Shown: piece by piece, positions 10,388 to 18,153 of the stretch
How positions within the stretch are numbered: position 1 is the stretch's first letter
Layout of the letters: each line of letters opens with the position of its first letter
NCBI GenBank assembly: GCA_016180955.1
Contig: JACPAD010000001.1
Location: 75,516 to 139,515, forward strand
DNA length: 64,000 bases
Source: Candidatus Zambryskiibacteriota bacterium
GTDB lineage: Bacteria > Patescibacteriota > Minisyncoccia > Phycocordibacterales > Zambryskibacteraceae
Direction: 5' to 3'
Made by a program: the position numbers and the translations under genes
Notes under the pieces: generated by a model
Seen by the model: the letters and a program-made list of their open reading frames with translations, nothing else
Database searches by the model: none
Told to the model about the DNA's origin: nothing

Positions 10388-10969
10388 TTATCCAACTTGC
10401 CTAGTCCAATCTCGTGCAATACTTTCTATTCGCCCCACCTCAAGTTCTGGTAGCAAGCCTGTATGCATAATTATATTTCGAGATAATTCCAGATCGTTCA
10501 AACGAGAAGAAACCCAATGTTGGTCAGGGAATAAATCAGAAAAATCCTGCCAATTATTTATGATTAGCTGTGATAAATTCGCAAAAGTAGTATAACCAAT
10601 CATCGCTGATGCTCTAGGGGTATGATATTTATTTTTCTCCTCTTTCTCTTTTAAATCAGTTGACGCTTTTTTAATTTTTTCACTCACACAATTAGTTTCC
10701 CACCAACCAGCGCCGTGCCTCTCGCTAAGCCTATCGTCTATGAGCTCCCGAACAGCATTTTCAATACAATAAAACAAGGCATACACCGTGGCCATTCGAC
10801 TAGCCTCATGAATTAAAATCGGACTAAAGTCTGTTTCCTCTATCTTTGCTACAGGGCTTAGTGGAACGCGAATCCCAATTCCTTCATTTTCCAAAGTTTT
10901 CAGGTCCTGTTGAGCAAGAAGGCCATTGAAAACCATCTTTTTAAGACGCGAGACGTGATAATGCTTCAT
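10388..10969 (-). CDS. HEPN-domain protein (Abi/Swt1-like; C-terminal R-x4-H motif)
   Basis: 193 aa, all-helical. C-terminal LELSRNIIMHTG fits the HEPN Rx4-6H nuclease motif. 8 bp upstream of the recombinase gene, same strand. Confidence 0.5.
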   Translation of the reverse strand: MKHYHVSRLKKMVFNGLLAQQDLKTLENEGIGIRVPLSPVAKIEETDFSPILIHEASRMATVYALFYCIENAVRELIDDRLSERHGAGWWETNCVSEKIKKASTDLKEKEEKNKYHTPRASAMIGYTTFANLSQLIINNWQDFSDLFPDQHWVSSRLNDLELSRNIIMHTGLLPELEVGRIESIARDWTRQVG

Positions 10970-11580
10970 TCTCCAAGTAAATTATCCCGAATACTCTTAA
11001 ATATTGCGTTATAAACGCTGATATCGGTAGTAGCTGGTAAGTGAATTTGAATGTTTTGACAGAATTCTATCTGTTTTCCATTCTCAATAGGCAATTTAAG
11101 TGGTAGCATAATATCCTTATCCTTTTTCTCATCAACTGGTTTTTCTTTCACGCGTGGAGAAACACCAAATTTTGCCAAAGCCGCAAGCGTCTTAAATGTT
11201 GCTAAGTATCTGCCAACACTTGCTTCATCCTTGCCCGTTGTACGTGAAATTGCTCCCTTAATTTCACTATCACTTGCTTTTTGGATTTCAGTATTAATAT
11301 TAAATAGATCCCGATATAACTCATTCATTCTTTCCCCAAGAACAAATTGCCAATCCGTCTCATCCTTGAGTCTGTCGTAATATTCTGTAGGCGTTCCCTC
11401 CTCCGTGATAAAACCAAGTCTTTTAAAAAGCGGGATAATGGCTCGGTCATTAGAGCTAGAAAATCCTAAATTTTTTAAAAATTCATGAGTGAATTTAGTA
11501 GGTTTAGCAGCAGTTCTTATTTTTGTAAGAATTGCCTCAATTTTGTTATTAGAAAGCATGTAAGGATATGAATCAGTCAT
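10966..11580 (-). CDS. Hypothetical protein, partner of the HEPN gene (4-nt overlap)
   Basis: 204 aa, no recognisable motif. Translationally coupled to the HEPN gene. Confidence 0.4.
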   Translation of the reverse strand: MTDSYPYMLSNNKIEAILTKIRTAAKPTKFTHEFLKNLGFSSSNDRAIIPLFKRLGFITEEGTPTEYYDRLKDETDWQFVLGERMNELYRDLFNINTEIQKASDSEIKGAISRTTGKDEASVGRYLATFKTLAALAKFGVSPRVKEKPVDEKKDKDIMLPLKLPIENGKQIEFCQNIQIHLPATTDISVYNAIFKSIRDNLLGE

Positions 11581-11678
11581 GATGTTGTATTAAATAAATA
11601 AAAGATTTTGACAGGACGTATTACGAATTACAGAGCAAAGCTACTAAAGTGTAAGATATTTGTGTCAAACTGTAAATC

Positions 11679-11738
11679 AAGGGAGCTTCGCTAATGCGAA
11701 GAACGTGCGCGCGAAAGGGCGGGTGGGTCAAGCGCACA
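11679..11738. ncRNA. Copy 1 of a duplicated ~60-75-nt structured element (aagggag - variable hairpin - gtgcgcgcgaa.ggg.gggtgggtcaag.gcaca); function unknown
   Basis: Direct comparison with 17738-17815. The flanks are conserved and the hairpin sequence differs but keeps its stem structure. Confidence 0.3.
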
Positions 11739-11829
11739 CACGAAACAGAACGACCGACCCGAACCCAAGTATTTAAAAATCTCCCCTCCAAAATCTTCCG
11801 GCTTTGGATTTTCTGAACCCCACCCTCCA

Positions 11830-11918
11830 CGACCGGCGTATAGAAGATTCCCCTTTATTTCCATACTCGGCGCTCCGCGCCGCGCGCCAAAAATTCCCCG
11901 AAAATGAGGTGAGGCTGC
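11830..11918. repeat. Right terminal inverted repeat of the cassette
   Basis: Exact reverse complement of 8897-8996 apart from the 9-bp indel. Confidence 0.75.
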
Positions 11919-12003
11919 TTTGTATGACCCAATCCGAACCTATTTCCAGAAATTATAATGCAGATTAACCTTACCGCCCAGCGCCTTCGGCGCTGGGCTT
12001 GGC

Positions 12004-12082
12004 CTCGCCCCTTTCCGCTATCATACTTTCAATGTTGGCGGTGATAAGACTTTTTTGAATGGAATGAGCGGAAAGGGGCGAG
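12004..12082. other. Long stem-loop: 15-bp perfect stem (tcgcccctttccgct / agcggaaaggggcga) with a ~48-nt loop, preceded by a second hairpin at 11977-11997
   Basis: Read directly. Located downstream of the minus-strand gene ending at 12089. No canonical T-run follows. Confidence 0.4.
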
Positions 12083-12088
12083 AAAATT

Positions 12089-12730
12089 TTAAAACAAAAC
12101 ATTATTGTAAAATCTAAAAGATTTTGCTGGAGATTTAGTTAATCTAAAGCTCCTGACGTAGCTCTTGCCTCTAAAATTTTCCCATTTACCATCCCACTCT
12201 ACTAAAAATAAAAATCTTGTAGGTCTCAGAGCGTTTTTACTGACTATTACTATTTCAAATAAATAATTTCCTACCGGCAAAGCATTTCTAATTGTTCCAC
12301 TGGGATAACCCTCAGCCATAAGATGTAAAATTTCTTCATTGTCACAGATATAACAGACATCTAAGCGCCTAGAGTGTTTTGGTAGAATGTCAATTGGAGC
12401 TATTGATGGTTCGTGTGCCCACTTTAATTTAACAGGCGACCTAAAACTAGCTAATGCATTAAATTTTGAACCTTCTTTTTCCCAAATTTTAGTAATGTAT
12501 GCCTCGGCATTTCGAGAAACTTCAAATCCTCGATTTTTAACCATTAAATGTAGCCATAAGGACTGCGGTTTATTGGGGTGGTCGACAAGAGTAACTTCAT
12601 AATATGTTTCTGAAGGGACAAAAACTACTTTATGCTTAGACTTATAAAGCATCCATTGCAAAAAGGCATAAGGAATTGCAATTAAGGTAAGTAGTGAAGC
12701 TAACCAAGGAATTGTAATATTTTCTTCCAT
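12089..12730 (-). CDS. Membrane-anchored hypothetical protein
   Basis: 213 aa. One N-terminal TM helix, then a soluble domain with no recognised motif. Last gene of a three-gene minus-strand operon. Confidence 0.4.
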   Translation of the reverse strand: MEENITIPWLASLLTLIAIPYAFLQWMLYKSKHKVVFVPSETYYEVTLVDHPNKPQSLWLHLMVKNRGFEVSRNAEAYITKIWEKEGSKFNALASFRSPVKLKWAHEPSIAPIDILPKHSRRLDVCYICDNEEILHLMAEGYPSGTIRNALPVGNYLFEIVIVSKNALRPTRFLFLVEWDGKWENFRGKSYVRSFRLTKSPAKSFRFYNNVLF

Positions 12731-12742
12731 TACTTCAAATTT

Positions 12743-13117
12743 TTATTCTGGTCTACAATAAAATTCCAATCTGTATCCGTTCGGGTCATCAAACCAGATA
12801 AATTCCTTATTTCCATACTTATCAATCTTCACTCCGTTATTATAGATACCAGCTTCATTAAGAACTTTCTCAAAACCTCTTAATTCTTCGGCAGTCCTCA
12901 CTCCAAAAGCCAAATGATTTAGACTACCTTTGTCTTTATCAATCTTTTGGAAGTCTCCATCAGACAACGCAAGGTATATCGTTGATTCTCCTATTTTATA
13001 TGCCATATATTCCTCATCTAAATGGGATGGGCTACCTAAAAAGGCAGTATAGAACTTCTCAGTTTCCTTAAGATCCTTAACTATCAAAACTATGTGGTCT
13101 ATGAATGAGGGTTTCAT
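12743..13117 (-). CDS. VOC-family protein (glyoxalase / bleomycin-resistance / dioxygenase fold)
   Basis: 124 aa. IDHIVLIVKDLKETEKFY...LNHLAFGV...GYRLEFY follows the paired beta-alpha-beta-beta-beta VOC pattern. Confidence 0.65.
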   Translation of the reverse strand: MKPSFIDHIVLIVKDLKETEKFYTAFLGSPSHLDEEYMAYKIGESTIYLALSDGDFQKIDKDKGSLNHLAFGVRTAEELRGFEKVLNEAGIYNNGVKIDKYGNKEFIWFDDPNGYRLEFYCRPE

Positions 13118-13743
13118 TTCAAATTATTTAGCCTATCAAGTATTTGTTTTGTAAATTTTATTCTTTCCGCAGAAATAGAAGTGGTAAAAGAATTCAGCAA
13201 TTCATAAAAATCTTTGTCTTCTAATTTAATAACCCTGATTGCTTCTACGGGAGCTAAAGACCACTTATCTTGAAGTTCAAACCAGGCTCGTATGGCAAAT
13301 TCATAAAATACTCCAGCATAGAAAAATTCCACCATAGGATTATCACAATATTTTTCTATCTTGAGTTTCCAGCTATCTAATTTCTCAAATCGCTCCAAGA
13401 CACCATTTTTATATAGAGTTAGTGGACCTTTACTAAAATCTTCCTCTGTTTTAGTTAAAACTTTAGAGAGCTTACCCTCAGAGTTATCAAGCAGAATTTT
13501 TAACGGCCATAGTGGGCCTGACGGAATAGTTAGCGGTTTATCCTCGTCTGGCCAGTTCTTAAAAGTAATATCCAGACGCTCACCCTCAAAATCTATAAAC
13601 CCGCCATTTCCTTTCTTTGGACCAAGAAGAAATATATCCCAATCACTTCCGCTAGTTTCTTTTCCTTTTGCGCGAGAGCCGGCAAGAAGAATTACTTCTG
13701 GGTCGTGTTCTGTTTTGATGTATTTAATAATCTTGCCTTCCAT
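13114..13743 (-). CDS. Nucleotidyltransferase (Pol-beta superfamily, KNTase/ANT-like) with C-terminal helical domain
   Basis: GSRAKGKETSGSDWDIFLL matches the GS...DxD NTase signature. 4-nt overlap with the VOC gene. Confidence 0.6.
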   Translation of the reverse strand: MEGKIIKYIKTEHDPEVILLAGSRAKGKETSGSDWDIFLLGPKKGNGGFIDFEGERLDITFKNWPDEDKPLTIPSGPLWPLKILLDNSEGKLSKVLTKTEEDFSKGPLTLYKNGVLERFEKLDSWKLKIEKYCDNPMVEFFYAGVFYEFAIRAWFELQDKWSLAPVEAIRVIKLEDKDFYELLNSFTTSISAERIKFTKQILDRLNNLK

Positions 13744-13777
13744 ACTTAAAAATTAACAGAAATTAGACTTTTTAGCT

Positions 13778-13801
13778 AACGGCTCAATGGGTTGAGCCGT
13801 T
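13778..13801. promoter_or_regulatory. 10-bp perfect inverted repeat (aacggctcaa tggg ttgagccgtt) in the divergent promoter region between the NTase operon and the five-gene operon
   Basis: Read directly. Sits ~50 bp upstream of the 13852 start. Confidence 0.35.
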
Positions 13802-13851
13802 GATAAATTAGTAAGTTTCAAAAATGATGATTTTGTGGGATTATCTTATGC

Positions 13852-14535
13852 ATGGGAGGGACTATATACATCCTAATCAACGAGGCAATGCCTGGGTATG
13901 TCAAGATAGGAAAAACGACTAATTCAGTCGAGCAACGAATGCTTGAATTATCGCGCTCATCGGCCGTGCCAATGCCTTTTGAATGTTACTACGCGGCGGT
14001 GGTAAAAGACATGAATCAAGTAGAAAGAGCATTCCATGATGCTTTCGGCGACTACCGAATAAATCCGAAAAGAGAATTTTTTAATGTGGCTCCAGAACGA
14101 GTAGTTGCTATCCTCAAGCTACTCACCTTAAAAGAAGTTACACCTGGTAGAAATACTGGTATTGAGACAAAAGAGGATGCGATTGCTATTGAGATAGCAA
14201 GGAAAAAGCGATCGGCTTTCAATTTTAAAATGGTAGGTATTCCAGCCGGAGCGGAGCTTAAGTTTGTCCGTGATGAAAATATTATATGTATAGTAGCTCC
14301 AGACCAAAAACATGTTGTATTCGATGGTCGAGAGATGTCCTCCTCTGAAGCTGCCGCTTCAGCATTAGGTAGCAAGTGGTGGCCTCAAGGTCCTGGCTAC
14401 TGGACTTATAATGGGGAAACTTTAGATGCCCGTCGTTTGCGTATGGAAGAGGGTGATGAACCTACTCCGGAAGAAATAGAAGCTGCAGGTGACCAATGGC
14501 TATCATTGCAAGCAGATATAGCTAGAGGCAAATAA
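13852..14535 (+). CDS. GIY-YIG family protein (T5orf172-like N-terminal domain) with uncharacterised C-terminal domain
   Basis: GTIYILINEAMPGYVKIGKT supplies the GIY and YIG motifs. Conserved Arg/Glu/Asn follow (RMLEL...FNVAPE). First gene of the operon. Confidence 0.6.
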   Translation: MGGTIYILINEAMPGYVKIGKTTNSVEQRMLELSRSSAVPMPFECYYAAVVKDMNQVERAFHDAFGDYRINPKREFFNVAPERVVAILKLLTLKEVTPGRNTGIETKEDAIAIEIARKKRSAFNFKMVGIPAGAELKFVRDENIICIVAPDQKHVVFDGREMSSSEAAASALGSKWWPQGPGYWTYNGETLDARRLRMEEGDEPTPEEIEAAGDQWLSLQADIARGK

Positions 14536-14539
14536 GTTT

Positions 14540-15682
14540 ATGGCAAACAAAAATCTTACAAATGCGAAACGGGCAAAGAACGACGAGTTTTATACCCAAT
14601 ATGGCGATATCCAAAAGGAAATTCAAGCATATTTGGATTTTAGTCCTAATGTATTTCGAGGCAAGGTAGTCTATTGCAACTGTGATGACCCATTCGAGAG
14701 CAACTTCTTTCGTTATTTTGTGCTTAATTTCAACAAGCTTGGATTAAAACAACTTATTACTACCAGCTACAAACCTTCGCCGATTGCCAATACGGAGCTT
14801 GTATTACAGTCTTCTCTTCTCCCTGGCTATGAAGGTAGTATCGTGAGAAAACCATCAGAATCAAAAGGTCGACCAAAAATAACTGCCAATAAATTTATTA
14901 TTAATGAAGTGCAGGATGTGGACGGCGACGGCGAGTTCAATTTGAAGGATGTTGCTAAGCAGTTAAAGGCAAACAAAAACAACGAATGGATGCCGCTTGA
15001 GAAAGATGGCGATTTCAGAAGTCCCGAGTGCGTAAAATTACTGGAGCAATCTGACATTATAGTGACAAATCCACCCTTTAGTCTATTCCGCGAATATGTT
15101 AAACAACTCTTTGATTACAACAAAAAGTTTGTCATTATCGGCAACATGAATGCAATTATGTATAAGGAAATTTTTCCATTGATGAAGGCCGATAAAATGT
15201 GGCTGGGTAATGGTTTCCATGCCGGAAACGCCTATTTTTCTACCCCTTTTGCCAAAGAATACGGTGAGGGCGTATACAATCCTGAAACAGGTTTGGTAAA
15301 GTTCAGAAATGTTTGTTGGTTTACGAACCTTGATCATGGGCGTCGTCATCAACCATTGCCACTTATGACAATGAGTGAGAATTTAAAATATAGTAAACAT
15401 AAGGAAATCAAAGGTAAAAAATCCTATGATAAATATGACAACTACGACGCAATAGAAGTTTCGTTTACTGACGCTATTCCCAGTGATTATGATGGCGTAA
15501 TGGGTGTGCCAGTTAGTTTTTTAGACAAATATTCACCAGAACAATTTGAAATTATAGGAACTAGCGCCAATGGATTAGTGAGTAATGAATGGAAGTCGCC
15601 ACATTTTAAAAAACATAATAATCCATTTATAGGTAAAAAGCCGATCTTCCAGAGAGTGCTGATAAGACACAGAAAAAAATAA
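14540..15682 (+). CDS. N6-adenine DNA methyltransferase
   Basis: Catalytic NPPF tetrapeptide ([11 protein letters not shown]). N-terminal NDEFYT motif. 4-bp gap after the upstream gene. Confidence 0.75.
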   Translation: MANKNLTNAKRAKNDEFYTQYGDIQKEIQAYLDFSPNVFRGKVVYCNCDDPFESNFFRYFVLNFNKLGLKQLITTSYKPSPIANTELVLQSSLLPGYEGSIVRKPSESKGRPKITANKFIINEVQDVDGDGEFNLKDVAKQLKANKNNEWMPLEKDGDFRSPECVKLLEQSDIIVTNPPFSLFREYVKQLFDYNKKFVIIGNMNAIMYKEIFPLMKADKMWLGNGFHAGNAYFSTPFAKEYGEGVYNPETGLVKFRNVCWFTNLDHGRRHQPLPLMTMSENLKYSKHKEIKGKKSYDKYDNYDAIEVSFTDAIPSDYDGVMGVPVSFLDKYSPEQFEIIGTSANGLVSNEWKSPHFKKHNNPFIGKKPIFQRVLIRHRKK

Positions 15683-15683
15683 T

Positions 15684-16847
15684 ATGAAAACGACTCTAAA
15701 AACTAATATGACTGTCAAAGAAATCTGCGAAGGGTTCGTTTATAACGAACTTGAAGGTAAGGGTTTATTCGGGTTATCTGGCAAGCTTACAATTCAGCCA
15801 GAGTATCAGCGTAACTATATTTATGCAGAAGAAGGAAGGGAGACGGCAGTTATTGATTCAATCCTAAAAGGATATCCACTTGGGTTAATTTACTTCCATA
15901 AGGTTAATGATGATACTTTCGAAGTTTTAGATGGACAGCAACGTATCACCAGTATCGGGCGTTTTGTGAATGAAAAGTTTGCCATTAAAGATGAAAACGG
16001 GATGCAACAAAATTTTAGTGGTATGGCAGAGAACAAGAAAACCAAGATTTGGGAAACGAAATTACTCATTTACGAATGTGAGGGTGAAGAAAGTGAAATA
16101 AAAGATTGGTTTAAAACGATTAATATTGCTGGAATCCCACTTAGGAATCAGGAATTACTCAATGCTGTGTATTCTGGGTCATTCGTGACGTTAGCAAGAG
16201 AGGAATTTAGCAACCGCCAAAATGCGAACATTCAGAAATGGGGCGCATATATATCAGGCAGTGCGAACCGTCAGGATTTCTTAGAGCGAGCACTTGAATG
16301 GGTAAGTAAGGGAAATATTGAGGGCTATATGACGCTTCATCGTCACGATAAAAACATCACTGAGCTAAAGAAATATTTCAACAGCGTGATTGACTGGGTA
16401 TCTAGTGTGTTTACCGATGTAGAAAACGAAATGCGTGGGCTTGAGTGGGGGCGATTATACGAGGAGTATCACAAAAAGGCATATAGTCCGGCAAAAGTAT
16501 CGGCAGATGTGCGTAAGCTCTATGGCGATCCGTATATAAAAAATCGCAAAGGTATTTTTGAATATATTCTTGGCGGTTCAGTTGATACGAAGTTGCTAGA
16601 TGTTCGGATTTTTGATGAAACAATCAAAAGAGCTGTTTATGCAAAACAAACTAGCGAAGCTGAAACTAAAGAGAAATCAAACTGCCCGCATTGTGCTATT
16701 GGACACGATGCTAACAAGAGCAAGATTTGGAGTTTTGGCGAAATGGAAGCAGATCATGTATCCGCTTGGGTTAAAGGTGGTGCGACTTCAGCCAAGAATT
16801 GTCAGATGCTCTGCAAGACACATAATCGAGCAAAGGGTAATCGTTAA
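15684..16847 (+). CDS. DUF262 (ParB/Srx-like, DGQQR motif) fused to a C-terminal HNH endonuclease; GmrSD/SspE-like type IV restriction architecture
   Basis: [15 protein letters not shown] is the DUF262 hallmark. C-terminal CPHCAIGHD...EADHVSAW...[15 protein letters not shown] is a canonical HNH motif. Confidence 0.75.
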   Translation: MKTTLKTNMTVKEICEGFVYNELEGKGLFGLSGKLTIQPEYQRNYIYAEEGRETAVIDSILKGYPLGLIYFHKVNDDTFEVLDGQQRITSIGRFVNEKFAIKDENGMQQNFSGMAENKKTKIWETKLLIYECEGEESEIKDWFKTINIAGIPLRNQELLNAVYSGSFVTLAREEFSNRQNANIQKWGAYISGSANRQDFLERALEWVSKGNIEGYMTLHRHDKNITELKKYFNSVIDWVSSVFTDVENEMRGLEWGRLYEEYHKKAYSPAKVSADVRKLYGDPYIKNRKGIFEYILGGSVDTKLLDVRIFDETIKRAVYAKQTSEAETKEKSNCPHCAIGHDANKSKIWSFGEMEADHVSAWVKGGATSAKNCQMLCKTHNRAKGNR

Positions 16848-16871
16848 AGAACTTTAGTGTAAAATTAAATT

Positions 16872-17159
16872 ATGTACTATATATTCACTCTAATTATCGG
16901 TTTTCTACTCGGTTATTTTATTGCTTCTAAAAAGCAGGAGGTCGGCTTCATTTCTAAGCAACAGGAAGAAAAGAAACGGAATAAACAAGCAATTTTTGAG
17001 CTTCTGGAAACTAATCACCCTCTTACCAATAACGATGTGGAAGTAATGCTTGGCATTTCTGACGCCACCGCCACCAGATATTTCGACGAGTTAGAGAAAG
17101 AAGGTAAAGTGCGCCAAGTGGGGAAAACTGGTCGATACGTGAATTACGAAAGAGTTTAA
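16872..17159 (+). CDS. Small membrane-anchored protein with C-terminal wHTH-like domain (paralogous to C-terminus of 17161-17739)
   Basis: 95 aa. N-terminal TM helix. C-terminus LTNNDVEVMLGISDATATRYFDELEKEGKVRQVGKTGRYVNY. Confidence 0.4.
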   Translation: MYYIFTLIIGFLLGYFIASKKQEVGFISKQQEEKKRNKQAIFELLETNHPLTNNDVEVMLGISDATATRYFDELEKEGKVRQVGKTGRYVNYERV

Positions 17160-17160
17160 A

Positions 17161-17739
17161 ATGGCAGAAGAAACTACAACTGAACCTGTAGCAAACGAGT
17201 CGGTTGCCGAACCTGCTCCGGTCCAACCTGAACCGGTAGTAATAACTCCACCCGCATCCGAATCAACTGCAGAACCGGCAGTGGTCGAGGAAACCCCAAC
17301 GCCTCAACCCGCTGAGCCGTTGAATCCAGAGCCGATTTTAGAACCCCCGTTGACTCCTGAACCTGTGCAAGAGCCAGCCATTGAAACTCCACCTATAACC
17401 CATAGTCCCGAGCCTGAATCGGTGTCCCAACCTGAATCTTCCGCTACTTCCGCACCTGTTACCGTTCCCGAACCACAAGTTATCGCCTCTGCTTTTTCAA
17501 TTAGCCGAGCTCACGAACTTCTGATCAAGGCTCGTGAAGCTATACAATTCCGCAAGCGTAAAAAGCTAGAAAAGATTATGAGTATGTTTCTGAAACAAAG
17601 CAGTATCACGAATGATGAAGTGGAGAAACTTTTGCATATCTCTGACGCAACAGCCACACGCTACCTAGACCAACTTGAACGTGAAGGAAAGATTAAGAAA
17701 GGGAATGCTGGAAAGTATCTGTCGTATTCCAGAATGTAA
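17161..17739 (+). CDS. Pro/Glu-rich low-complexity protein with the same C-terminal wHTH-like domain
   Basis: 192 aa. Residues ~10-110 are PEP/TPE repeats. C-terminus ITNDEVEKLLHISDATATRYLDQLEREGKIKKGNAGKYLSY. 1-bp gap from the previous gene. Confidence 0.4.
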   Translation: MAEETTTEPVANESVAEPAPVQPEPVVITPPASESTAEPAVVEETPTPQPAEPLNPEPILEPPLTPEPVQEPAIETPPITHSPEPESVSQPESSATSAPVTVPEPQVIASAFSISRAHELLIKAREAIQFRKRKKLEKIMSMFLKQSSITNDEVEKLLHISDATATRYLDQLEREGKIKKGNAGKYLSYSRM

Positions 17740-17815
17740 GGGAGTATCTGCCGTATCCTCTCTGACCTACGGCAGATGGTGCGCGCGAACGGGAGGGTGG
17801 GTCAAGTGCACATGG
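17738..17815. ncRNA. Copy 2 of the duplicated structured element, starting at the stop codon of the 17161-17739 gene
   Basis: Flanks are conserved with copy 1 (35 aligned positions, 4 mismatches). The hairpin has a different sequence but the same structure. Confidence 0.3.
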
Positions 17816-18117
17816 ATTTTGAGGCCTCGGGCATTTCCGCGACGGGCGTCCTGGCCAACGGGTGAGCATCGCCGCTAAACGAAGGTACTGACTAACGAAA
17901 CTTGCCACTAAACGCAGTAATGAAAACGAGGAAGGGGGTTGTGCAACGACGGAATCCGAAGGAACGAGGATGAGGAGGAGCTGGGGGAAGGATTCCTTCC
18001 TTTCCAACCTCTGGTTTAGTTTCTGATTTTATTGTTATGTAAAAATTAACAGAATCACTATTTTTTGCCAGAAACTTACCATCCATTATAATTTTCCTAT
18101 AGGATTGTTATGAAAAG

Positions 18118-18146
18118 GCCCCGCTCCGACTTCGGTCGGAGCGGGG
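18118..18146. terminator. Bidirectional hairpin ccccgctccgac ttcg gtcggagcgggg, terminator of the minus-strand phosphoesterase gene
   Basis: Perfect 12-bp stem. On the minus strand it is followed by ttttcat. Same hairpin family as 27187-27212. Confidence 0.55.
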
Positions 18147-18153
18147 CCATGCA

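Larger units (their letters stand above)
8897..11918. mobile_element. IR-bounded ~3-kb cassette at the tRNA-Gln 3' end: serine recombinase plus HEPN two-gene module, single minus-strand operon
   Basis: ~90-bp perfect inverted repeats, tRNA-adjacent position, recombinase inside, and lower GC than the core genes. Confidence 0.5.

Noticed and set aside
11621-11830. 69-aa minus-strand ORF starting exactly at the inverted-repeat boundary
   Set aside because: Lies in the promoter/structured-element region and partly in the repeat. Composition is not protein-like.
11899-11930. Possible inverted tRNA 3' fragment just outside the right inverted repeat
   Set aside because: Only gaggctgc and cgaacc match the tRNA-Gln 3' end. 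The rest does not fold as a T-arm, so this is a weak, chance-level resemblance.
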